Below, in pieces: positions 1 to 9,020 of a stretch of 64,000 nt of DNA. A program made the translations under genes and the position numbers. The DNA is taken from contig CM120643.1 in assembly GCA_051362555.1 (NCBI GenBank), positions 29,640,848 through 29,704,847 of the forward strand, given 5' to 3'. The notes beneath the pieces were generated by a model that searched no databases, was not told where the DNA came from, and worked only from the letters and a program-made list of their open reading frames with translations. Numbering within the stretch: position 1 is the first letter of the stretch; each line of letters starts with the position of its first letter. This stretch comes from Lingula anatina (Eukaryota; Animalia; Brachiopoda).

Positions 1-104
1 GTCAACAGATAGGCCACTACGCCAGGGACTGCCCAGAAAACAGACAAATGGGAAAAGAGCAGTGGTCTTCCCAGGGGACCGGGGCCAGACCCAGGACACA
101 ATAG
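1..104 (+). CDS. gag: Gag C-terminus (end of CCHC zinc knuckle), partial
   Basis: Frame from nt 3 reads QQIGHYARDCPENRQMGKEQWSSQGTGARPRTQ* (TAG 102-104). GHYARDCP is the second half of a CX2CX4HX4C knuckle. It overlaps pol in the -1 frame. Confidence 0.85.
   Translation, partial: QQIGHYARDCPENRQMGKEQWSSQGTGARPRTQ
50..80 (+). promoter_or_regulatory. Putative -1 ribosomal frameshift signal (gag-pol)
   Basis: Heptamer G GGA AAA (50-56) is in the gag frame, followed by a 7-nt spacer and the stem GGTCTTC/GGGGACC (64-80). The pol frame is open across the site and has no early ATG. Confidence 0.65.
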
Positions 105-3100
105 AGGTCCCATGTGAATGCACACCTGTACATAAGTTAGTTTCAAACGGGTTATTTGTTACTGGAAAAATTTTTGATGTTGATGTTCTGTTTTTAGTTG
201 ATACAGGATCGTCTGATACGATCCTTAGCGAAGACTATTTTAAGAAGATACCTCTGGAAAGAAGACCCGAACTCCAACCCATGACTGAAAGAGTACAGCA
301 GGCTGACGGCACACCGCTTCCTGTGTCGGGAAGAGCAAAGATTACTGTGGATGTCCAGGGCCGATGCACCGACCTTGATGTCATTGTTGCGAAGTTGAAC
401 AATCAAGGCATATTGGGCCTTGACTTCTTATTATCTACTGAAAGCATACTCGATTTCCAAACACTCAGCTTGCACTGTGATGGTGGAGACCTTCCTTGTC
501 TTGATGAGAATGCGGAGCCTTATTGTGCCAGAGTATCCGTAGCAGAGACCATCACTATTCCAGCTGGGCATGAAGCGGTTTTAATGGGCGTCAAGGAGGA
601 CACCGACATTCAGCCAACCAGTTCCATAGGGTTGATGGAGCCAGAAGAAGATGACCGGCTTGCTAAACGCGGACTCATAGCGGCCAGACTTGTAGTTGAC
701 CTGTCTAAACCGACCTTTCCTATCAGAGTCTGCAATCCAACATCCGATGCAGTGATTCTCTACAAGGGGACGAGCGTGGGACAAGTGAGTGCAGTGTCAG
801 AAGATCAGGTACAAGACACGGCTAGCAGTGGCGGCAAGGTTCGGACTTTGGTGAAGGCGGAAAAGCCGAGTGAAGTTCCTGAGTTCCTCAGGGATCTCTT
901 AAATCGAAGCACCAAGTACCTGGATGAAGACCAGACTCGTGAATTGGAGAAACTGTTAGCTGAATTTCAAGACATCTTCGCCAAGGATGACTTGGACTTA
1001 GGGTGTACTGATGTGGTGAAACATGCAGTCAACACAGGTGATTCGGCGCCAATTCGTCAGAACTACAGAAGGCTACCTCGGCATCAACAGGAGGAAGCAG
1101 ATCGTCAAGTGCAGGAGATGCTGGACAAAGGAGTGATTGAACCTTCAACCAGCCCATGGGCGTCTCCTATTGTCCTTGTCACCAAGAAAGACGGCTCTAC
1201 TAGATTCTGTGTGGACTATCGTCGCTTGAATTCTGTCACTGTCAAAGATTCATACCCACTACCTCGCATTGACGATACCTTCGACGCCCTATCTGGAACT
1301 CAATGGTTTTCGACATTCGACTTAGCCAGTGGATATTGGCAGGTTCAGCTGGAGGACGAAGCCAAACGCAAGTCTGCATTTGTCATGAGAGGTGGTCTCT
1401 ACCAATGGAAGGTGATGCCCTTTGGGATGTGTAATGCTCCTGCCACGTTTGAGAGACTAATGGAGCAGGTGATGAGCGGCTTACATTGGAAGAGCCTGTT
1501 GGTGTATTTGGACGATGTGATAGTTTTCGGTAAAACATTCACCGAAGAGTTGCAGAGAGTACAGGAGGTCTTCCGACGCCTCAGGACAGCCCGAATGAAG
1601 CTAAAGCCAAAGAAATGTCATTTATTCCAGTCAGAGGTGACCTATTTAGGGCATGTGGTGTCCAAAGAAGGCATAAGAACGGAGCCAGAGAAGATCAAGG
1701 TTATCGAAGAATGGCCTACTCCAATCAATGTGACTGAAGTGCGGAGTTTCTTAGGACTGGCGTCTTATTACAGAAAATTTATCAAGGGTTTTGCCAACAT
1801 TGCCAGACCTTTACACCGCCTCACGGAAAAATCATCACCTTTCATCTGGACTGAAGAATGTGAAGATTCCTTCCGGGACCTTAAGAAGAAACTAATCACT
1901 TCTCCAATACTAGCCTATCCCCAACCAGAAGGAAGGTATATCCTAGACACTGATGCTAGCAACGCAGGCATGGGAGCGGTGCTCTCTCAGGAACAACATG
2001 GCAGGGAGAAAGTTATAGCATATGCCAGCAAGACTTTCACCAAGGAAGAGAGAAACTACTGCGTGACCAGAAAAGAATTTTTAGCCGCTATCTATTTCAT
2101 GAAATACTTCCGACAGTATTTGTATGGTCAGGATTTTACGCTACGAACTGATCACGCTGCGCTTACCTGGTTACTACGGATGAAGGACGCTGAGGGTCAG
2201 CTAGCTCGCTGGATCCAGGTGATTGAAGAATATCAGCCGCAACTGATGCACCGTGCCGGCAGAAGCCATGGTAATGCAGACAGTTTATCCCGTTACCCAT
2301 GTCATCAGTGTGGTAGGGAAGATGAGCCCGAGCAGCAAGGAAAAATTCTCAAGAAGCGGTGGATAAGAAAGGACCAGTTACTTGCTCAACCAGCGTTTGT
2401 TAGAAGTGTCACCCTGTGCCCAGATATTTCTCTTTCTGAAATGGCAGAAAGACAGAGAGAAGATCCTGACCTACGAACCTTGGTAGAAGCCATAGAAAAC
2501 AGTTCTGAAAAACCACAGTACGGGCTTGAGCCATGGTCACATACTACTCACGCCCTGGTCTCTAAGTGGGAACAGTTATCTCTGCATGCAGGTGTGTTGT
2601 GCCTCACAGAAGAATCCCATGATGGCTCGGTTAAGAGACCACTGATTATCATTCCAAAGAAGCTGAGACAGACAATACTCCAGGGATGCCATTCACATCC
2701 AACAGCAGGGCACCTAGGACCACGAAGGACCGTTGCGAGAATACAAGAACGCTATTGGTGGTATGGGCTCAGGGCTGATGTCAGATCATGGTGTCGAAGT
2801 TGCCATACTTGTCAGGTTCATCAGACTTACGGTAGGAAACAGAGGGGACCTCTTAAGCAGTCCTTTGTAGGTGCGCCCATGGAGCGACTTGGTGTGGATG
2901 TGCTGGGCCCCTTTCCCGAAAGTGACCGTGGAAACAAAGTTATATTGGTGGTGAGTGACTATTTCACCAAATGGGTTGAAGCATTCCCTTTACCCAACCA
3001 GGAGGCCACCACGATCGCCAGGACTTTAGTTGAAGAAGTAATTTCCAGATTCGGGACACCAGCCAGTTTGCATTCAGATCAAGGCCGAAATTTTGAAGCT

Positions 3101-3721
3101 AACGTCTTAAAAGAAGTTTGTACTATTCTAGGCATCTACAAAACCAGAACAACACCGTTTAATCCAAAATCCGATGGGCTGGTAGAACGCTTTAACAGAA
3201 CCTTAGTTACTGGCATTGCAAAACTCCTAGAACCCAGTCGACACCAAAAGGATTGGGATGAGAAGATCCCTTTATTTCTTATGGCCTACCGCAGTTCGCG
3301 ACACGACAGCACCGGCGAAACTCCAAATTTAATGATGTTAGGACGCGAGATTGATTTACCAGTACACGCGATGATTGAGGAACCTCCGGGTTCACCTGCA
3401 TTACAAACCGACTACGCCTTGCAGTTGCGAGAAAATTTAAGTAATATCTGGAAACGAGCGAGAGAGAAGCTCAAGAAGAGTGCTGTTGTACAGAAGCGTA
3501 ACTATGATTCTCGAGTACATTGGCAAGCGTATAAAGTGGGAGAAAAAGTATGGTACTTCGATTTCAACAAAAAGAAGGGTGTGAGTCCAAAACTACAACC
3601 AAAATGGACTGGACCATACGAAGTGGTGGATCGAATTTCAGACCTCGTATACCGGATACAGCTCAGCCACAAGCATAAACCCAAAGTCGTGCACTACGAC
3701 AATTTAAAGTTTTGTCACTAA
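62..3721 (+). CDS. pol: Pol polyprotein: aspartic protease, reverse transcriptase, RNase H, integrase with GPY/F tail
   Basis: 1219-aa uninterrupted ORF with LVDTGS (PR); SPWASPIVLV, RFCVDYRRLN, MPFG and YLDD (RT); TDAS and RTDH (RH); H-x4-GH..C-x2-C, SDQG and GLVERFNRTL (IN); KWTGPY. The true start is probably by frameshift rather than at the GTG. Confidence 0.97.
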   Translation: MVFPGDRGQTQDTIEVPCECTPVHKLVSNGLFVTGKIFDVDVLFLVDTGSSDTILSEDYFKKIPLERRPELQPMTERVQQADGTPLPVSGRAKITVDVQGRCTDLDVIVAKLNNQGILGLDFLLSTESILDFQTLSLHCDGGDLPCLDENAEPYCARVSVAETITIPAGHEAVLMGVKEDTDIQPTSSIGLMEPEEDDRLAKRGLIAARLVVDLSKPTFPIRVCNPTSDAVILYKGTSVGQVSAVSEDQVQDTASSGGKVRTLVKAEKPSEVPEFLRDLLNRSTKYLDEDQTRELEKLLAEFQDIFAKDDLDLGCTDVVKHAVNTGDSAPIRQNYRRLPRHQQEEADRQVQEMLDKGVIEPSTSPWASPIVLVTKKDGSTRFCVDYRRLNSVTVKDSYPLPRIDDTFDALSGTQWFSTFDLASGYWQVQLEDEAKRKSAFVMRGGLYQWKVMPFGMCNAPATFERLMEQVMSGLHWKSLLVYLDDVIVFGKTFTEELQRVQEVFRRLRTARMKLKPKKCHLFQSEVTYLGHVVSKEGIRTEPEKIKVIEEWPTPINVTEVRSFLGLASYYRKFIKGFANIARPLHRLTEKSSPFIWTEECEDSFRDLKKKLITSPILAYPQPEGRYILDTDASNAGMGAVLSQEQHGREKVIAYASKTFTKEERNYCVTRKEFLAAIYFMKYFRQYLYGQDFTLRTDHAALTWLLRMKDAEGQLARWIQVIEEYQPQLMHRAGRSHGNADSLSRYPCHQCGREDEPEQQGKILKKRWIRKDQLLAQPAFVRSVTLCPDISLSEMAERQREDPDLRTLVEAIENSSEKPQYGLEPWSHTTHALVSKWEQLSLHAGVLCLTEESHDGSVKRPLIIIPKKLRQTILQGCHSHPTAGHLGPRRTVARIQERYWWYGLRADVRSWCRSCHTCQVHQTYGRKQRGPLKQSFVGAPMERLGVDVLGPFPESDRGNKVILVVSDYFTKWVEAFPLPNQEATTIARTLVEEVISRFGTPASLHSDQGRNFEANVLKEVCTILGIYKTRTTPFNPKSDGLVERFNRTLVTGIAKLLEPSRHQKDWDEKIPLFLMAYRSSRHDSTGETPNLMMLGREIDLPVHAMIEEPPGSPALQTDYALQLRENLSNIWKRAREKLKKSAVVQKRNYDSRVHWQAYKVGEKVWYFDFNKKKGVSPKLQPKWTGPYEVVDRISDLVYRIQLSHKHKPKVVHYDNLKFCH

Positions 3722-3927
3722 CCCCAGAATGCATGGTTTCAATCGACACTTGTAGAGTCTCGAATTAGAGACTTACCTGAGTCGTGCGACGTCATGTATT
3801 CTGGATTTTCCATTTTCTGTTGTTTGTCTCTAACGCACCCCCCCCCCCCTTCCTTACATACCAGCAAAGTTGTTGGGCCAGTTTTACAGTACCTCTCACA
3901 GTAACTTACTCCTCTCTTTTCCTAGAC

Positions 3928-4416
3928 ATGCCAGGCTGTTTGTTCTGCAAAAAATCATTTTCGGACCGAAGCAACCGCAAACGCCATGAAAAGAGCTGCC
4001 TTAACTGCTATTGTGGATTGAAGTTCGTTGACAACAGAGTGTTGGTGGAACACTACAAAAGAAAACATGCTCAGAAGAAGGAAGAGACGAACCCAGCAGG
4101 TCAGACTATCCCAGAAGAACCTCCGCTGCAAGTAGATGTTACACCTGTCGAAGAGGCATCACTCATTCAGTCTCCTTCAACCAGCCCCAGGACATCTGAG
4201 AGAAAGCTCAAGGAAGGAACACCCCCACAAGAGTACCCAAGTTCCCTAGATGGGGAAGAAGACCAGCCAAGCAGCAAAGTCCCCATAAGAGCAGTTAAAG
4301 AGGGAGAAGTAGAGATGGATATGGTGGCGTTGTTCCAGAGAGTTAGGCGATTGCACGAACGAGAAATGCGCTATCCTGATGGGAGACGAGACATAGTTAG
4401 AAACTTTTATTTTTAA
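3928..4416 (+). CDS. Retrotransposon accessory ORF3: 162-aa protein with two N-terminal zinc fingers and an acidic Pro/Ser-rich tail
   Basis: ATG at 3928 lies just after the acceptor CTCCTCTCTTTTCCTAG (AG 3924-3925). CLFC-x12-H-x3-C is followed by CYC-x12-H-x4-H, each with the Phe typical of C2H2-type fingers. It lies between pol and the PPT. Confidence 0.75.
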   Translation: MPGCLFCKKSFSDRSNRKRHEKSCLNCYCGLKFVDNRVLVEHYKRKHAQKKEETNPAGQTIPEEPPLQVDVTPVEEASLIQSPSTSPRTSERKLKEGTPPQEYPSSLDGEEDQPSSKVPIRAVKEGEVEMDMVALFQRVRRLHEREMRYPDGRRDIVRNFYF

Positions 4417-4482
4417 TGAAGAAACTTTTACTTTTAATGAAGAAAAAGAAAACCAATAGAGAAAAAGATGAGAAGTTTTACG

Positions 4483-4516
4483 AATAAAAGGAAGAGAAAA
4501 GAAAACGATTAATAAA
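4483..4516 (+). terminator. Two AATAAA poly(A) signals downstream of ORF3 and upstream of the LTR
   Basis: AATAAA at 4483-4488 and 4511-4516, followed by GT/T-rich sequence (GTCTTATTTTGATT). The region is A-rich, so chance matches are possible. Confidence 0.45.
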
Positions 4517-4568
4517 GTCTTGTTAAACTAAAAACGGAGTCTTATTTTGATTCAGGAGAATCAAATTT

Positions 4569-4584
4569 AAAAGGTTGGGGGCAG
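4569..4584 (+). other. Polypurine tract (plus-strand primer)
   Basis: AAAAGGTTGGGGGCAG directly abuts the TGT start of the LTR. Confidence 0.8.
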
Positions 4585-4876
4585 TGTAACGTTCCCCCCC
4601 CCTCCGTTTTGCATTCCAATACAACATTTTCACTTTATCTCTTCAGAAATTCACTTTGGAAGGGTTAGCGCTTACGTACCTGCCCTCCACCTTTATTTGA
4701 TTCCCCCTACTACAATTGTTTCCGTCGATTGAAAGAAAATTTAATCTAAAGAAGACAAAACTACCGATACAGTGCATCGACGATGCATGGAAGCCGTCAT
4801 ATATGCCACTTCATGCTGACCTACGCCGTACGCGAAGCTCGTGCTTCACGCGACTGATGACGTCGCCGCGTCAGAG

Positions 4877-4996
4877 TATAAATAGAGAAGCGCGCTGATG
4901 GAAGCGTCCTGTCTGGCTGTGTAGAAGGAGAAGACGGAGAAGTCAGAGAAGAATCTAAGACAGAAAAGACAAAGAAAAGAAGAACCAGCAGTGAGT
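4877..4996 (+). promoter_or_regulatory. Candidate LTR promoter: TATA box, short leader exon and splice donor
   Basis: TATAAATA at 4877-4884, preceded by a CpG-rich segment with CRE-like TGACGTC. A purine-rich leader follows, then the consensus donor GCA|GTGAGT at 4991. Confidence 0.55.
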
Positions 4997-5407
4997 GTTA
5001 GGGCAGCCCTTAGGGGCTAGCCCGCTTCATTTTTTTTTATTATTATTTTTTTTATTTATTTAAAGGGGGGAAACCCGATAAGGAATTTAAATGTTCAGTA
5101 GATTTAACGGTAGATCGTAACCGCATTTATTCCATTGCTAGATTAACGTCGAACTATTATGGAAAATTTATTTCCATGCAGCCCCAGTTGTCATTGCTAA
5201 CTGTAACAGTTCATACTGAGTCCGATTATGGACACAGATCAGTTAAGTTGGTTATTGTTACTGCAGTCGTTTTATTGACAGCAGTAAGTACTTAAGTTCG
5301 TTATTTTCACAGCCGTCGATCCCTTGACAGCAGTGCGTAATTAAGGCTAAGCGTAGGGTAGATTTTCTTTCTTTATTTTATTTTCGCTTATTTTTTCCTT
5401 TCTAACA

Positions 5408-7442
5408 ATTCCATGTCGTCATTTATAGACCACATCATTTCAGTCATAGCTAAGTCATGTTGTCGTCGAAGACAACGTTAGTAATTCCATGTTGTCATAT
5501 AATGACCGCGTCAATCCCGTCATAGTTAAGTTAGGTCGTCTTTTAAAGACAACTTCATGTTGTCGTCGGAGACAACGTTAGTAATTCCATGTTGTCATAT
5601 AATGACCGCGTCATTTAAGTCATAGTTAAGTTAGGTTGTCTTTTAAAGACAACTTCATGTTGTCGTCGGAGACAACGTTAGTAATTCCATGTTGTCATAT
5701 AATGACTGCGTCATTCCCGTCATAATTAAGTTAGGTTATCTTTTAGAGACCACGCCATGTTGTCGTCGGGGACAACGTTAGTCATTCCGTGTTGTCATAT
5801 AATGACCGCGTCATTCACGTCATAGTTAAATTAGATTGTCTTCTAGAGATAATTTCATGTTGTCGTCGGAGACAACGTTAGTCATTCCATGTTGTCATCT
5901 AATGACCGCGTCATTCCCGACATAGTTAAGTTAGGTTGTCTTCTAGAGACAATGTCATGTTGTCGTCCGAGACAACGTCAGTCATTCCATGTTGTCATTT
6001 AATGACCGCGCCATTCGGGTCATAGTTAAGTTAGGTCATCTTTTAGAGACAACGTCATGTTGTCAGTCATTCCATGTTATCATTTAATGACCGCGTCATT
6101 CCCGACATAGTTAAGTTAGGTTGTCTTCTAGAGACAACGTCATGTTGTCGTCCGAGACAACGTCAGTCATTCCATGTTGTCATTTAATGACCGCGTCATT
6201 CAAGTCATAGTTAAGTTAGGTCGTCTTTTAGAGACAACGTGATGTTGTCGTCCGAGACAACGTCAGTCATTCCATGTTGTCATTTAATGACCGCGTCATT
6301 CAAGTCATAGTTAAGTTAGGTCGTCTTTTAGAGACAACGTCATGTTGTCGTCTGAGACAACGTCAGTCATTCCATGTTGTCATCTTATGACCGCGTCATT
6401 TAAGTCATAGTTAAGTTAGGTTGTCTTTTAAGGACAACGTCATGTTGTCGTCAGAGACAACGTCAGTCATTCCATGTTGTCATCTAATGACCGCGTCATT
6501 TAAGTCATAGTTAAGTTAGGTTGTCTTTTAAGGACAACGTCATGTTGTCGTCAGAGACAACGTCAGTCATTCCATGTTGTCATCTAATGACCGCGTCATT
6601 TAAGTCATAGTTAAGTTAGGTTGTCTTTTAAGGACAACGTCATGTTGTCGTCAGAGACAACGTCAGTCATTCCATGTTGTCATCTAATGACCGCGTCATT
6701 TAAGTCATAGTTAAGTTAGGTTGTCTTTTAAGGACAACGTCATGTTGTCGTCAGAGACAACGTCAGTCATTCCATGTTGTCATCTAATGACCGCGTCATT
6801 TACGTCATAGTTAAGTTAGGTTGTCTTTTAAGGACACATCATATTTTCGTCAGAGACAACGTCAGTCATTCCATGTTGTCATCTAATGACCGCGTCATTT
6901 ACGTCATAGTTAAGTTAGGTTGTCTTTTAAGGACAACGTCATGTTGTCTTCAGAGACAACGTCAGTCATTCCATGTTGTCATCTAATGACCGCGTCATTT
7001 AAGTCATAGTTAAGTCATGTTAACTCTTAGTGACAACGTCATGTTGTCTTCAGAGACAACGTCAGTCATTCCATGTTGTCATCTAATGACCGCGTCATTT
7101 AAGTCATAGTTAAGTCATGTTAACTCTTAGTGACAACGTCATGTTGTCTGCAGAGACAACGTCAGTCATTCCATGTTGTCATCTAATGACCGCGTCATTT
7201 AAGTCCTAGTTAAGTCATGTGAACTCTTAGTGACAACGTCATGTTGTCTTCAGAGACAACGTCAGTCATTCCATGTTGTCATCTAATGACCGCGTCATTT
7301 AAGTCATAGTTAAGTCATGTTAACGCTTAGTGACAACGTCATGTTGTCTTCAGAGACAACGTCAGTCATTCCATGTTGTCATCTAATGACCACGTCATTC
7401 CAGTCATGGTTAAGGCATGTTGTTTGTTTTAGATATAACGTC
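5408..7442. repeat. Tandem array of about 20 x 100-bp units inside the LTR
   Basis: CATGTTGTC..GACAACGT anchors at 5456, 5556 ... 5956, 6056 (15-bp deletion), 6141 ... 6741, 6840 ... 7340. Each unit has three related palindromic subunits. Confidence 0.97.
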
Positions 7443-8800
7443 GTAGGGTTAGCTTCAGCGCTTGCGATGAAGCTTAGTTTAACTAAAGCGTAACCTAACG
7501 CTAGGTCCTTGTTTTGTGTTATCTACTAATGGAATCAGTGTCCAGTGTTACCCTAGTATATGGGGGGAGGATTTTACTGTACGCATGATAAGTTGTTACG
7601 ATAGTATATGGGGGGAGAGATTTAACCACATTTATCTAAAGTGATAAGACTGTGTACAGGAGGGCGGTTTTTAAGGAAATAATGTTATGCACGCCGGCGA
7701 GCTATGTTGGCTATGGATGGACAAGGTCGGCATAGTGAGTCTTTCAGAGGGAGTTAGGGACCTCTTTAAATTTCTCTAGCTAGTGTAGGCAATGCTAAGA
7801 TATAAAACCATTGTAAGAAGTAAATTTCATAGTTGAATAATCAGTGTTTAGCACAGTGCATAGTGGGAGAGCTACTCTCCGGTTAAGGTTACTAATCAAC
7901 GTGATTTGAGTTTCTTTGAGTTAACAGTTGGCTGGGCGGAACCTCTTCAGTGTCTTCCGGGCCATGGGCTTATGCAGCATAACGGTCTGGGACCCCTTGG
8001 TAGAGCTGTGCCAAGGATGTTGCAATTATTGTGTATGACGACCCCGGGTGAAAAGCCGGCCGGGTCCGGGGCGCCATAGTAGAGCGGACGTCCACTTGGG
8101 TCTGATGCCGAGTTCCAGCCCAAGAGTGTTCCTCCCGTGTGAAGGGAGTCGACTTACCCCGTGTGAAGGGGCAGATTTTGCTTTTGTTTCTTTAGTTCAG
8201 TGTGTCCATCCGGAGGAGTCGAGTGGATGCCAGCCGACTGTGACCTTAGAAACGGAGACGTGGTGAAGATTGTCCAACCCCTGCCACGGGACGTAAGGCC
8301 GTAGCGGGCCGATCCCTTACGGTGCTTCCCTGCGAACCCCCGTCCCCGCCCATGCGAGTTCGGAGATTTCACACGGAACAGACGGTGCTCAGGGAGTGGA
8401 AAATGTGGGCTTGTGATATGCGAAGATTAACCTTGCTCTTTCGGTGCCAACGATCACTGGTCCCGAGTCAAAGGGTTTCAGCGCCGCCAAGATCTCCACT
8501 GATTGGTTTGAAGGCCGCGGCGATCCCCCGCGCCCTCGTCACTGGTGACCGGAAAGATTGTCAGTATTGAGTTGGTATCACTTGACCCGCACCCTTGCGC
8601 ATTTCTGGTAGAGAGTATCGCCGCATCCACATCAGAGCTGGTGAAGCTGGAATCGGGCTGTCGGGAGAGGGTGCACACCGAGAGCTGACTTGGATTCCCC
8701 TAGCGACTGCGGCCGTGCGATGCGGTATGAACTCCCTACCATGAGGACATCATCTTGAAAAGAGAATTACAGAACGGACAGCACCACGGAGATGAGTGAC

Positions 8801-9020
8801 ACTACGCGAGCCACGACGCTACCATAAGAAGACTACGTACGGTAATTCATATGAGAAGATACGCTATCTACGGGAACCGCTGCGCTACCCATAAGAAGAG
8901 TACGCGAGCCACGACGCTACCATAAGATGACTACGTACGATAATCCATATGAGAAGAAACGCGATCTACGGGAACCGCTGCGCTACCCATAAGAAGACTA
9001 CGCAAGCCACGACGCTACCA
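8801..9020. repeat. 98-bp tandem repeat, about 2.2 copies, in the distal LTR
   Basis: TACGC(G/A)AGCCACGACGCTACCA at 8803, 8901 and 8999. Confidence 0.9.

Noticed and set aside
3784-3927. N-terminal hydrophobic extension of ORF3 (signal peptide or env-like)
   Set aside because: It starts at GTG and runs through a poly-C tract and the polypyrimidine tract. It is better explained as intron sequence before the ATG at 3928.
4850-4880. Hammerhead ribozyme core (CTGATGA)
   Set aside because: No GAAA follows a stem II, and no closing stems were found. It fits a CRE-like promoter motif better.
5408-7442. CRISPR array (palindromic repeats at regular spacing)
   Set aside because: The intervening sequence is itself repeated, so there are no unique spacers. 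There are no cas genes and the context is a eukaryotic LTR.
8048-8678. Short ORFs on both strands in the GC-rich LTR segment, including a KOW-like DLRNGDVVKIV peptide
   Set aside because: They are short, interrupted by stops and lack a convincing domain. Such ORFs are expected in GC-rich DNA.
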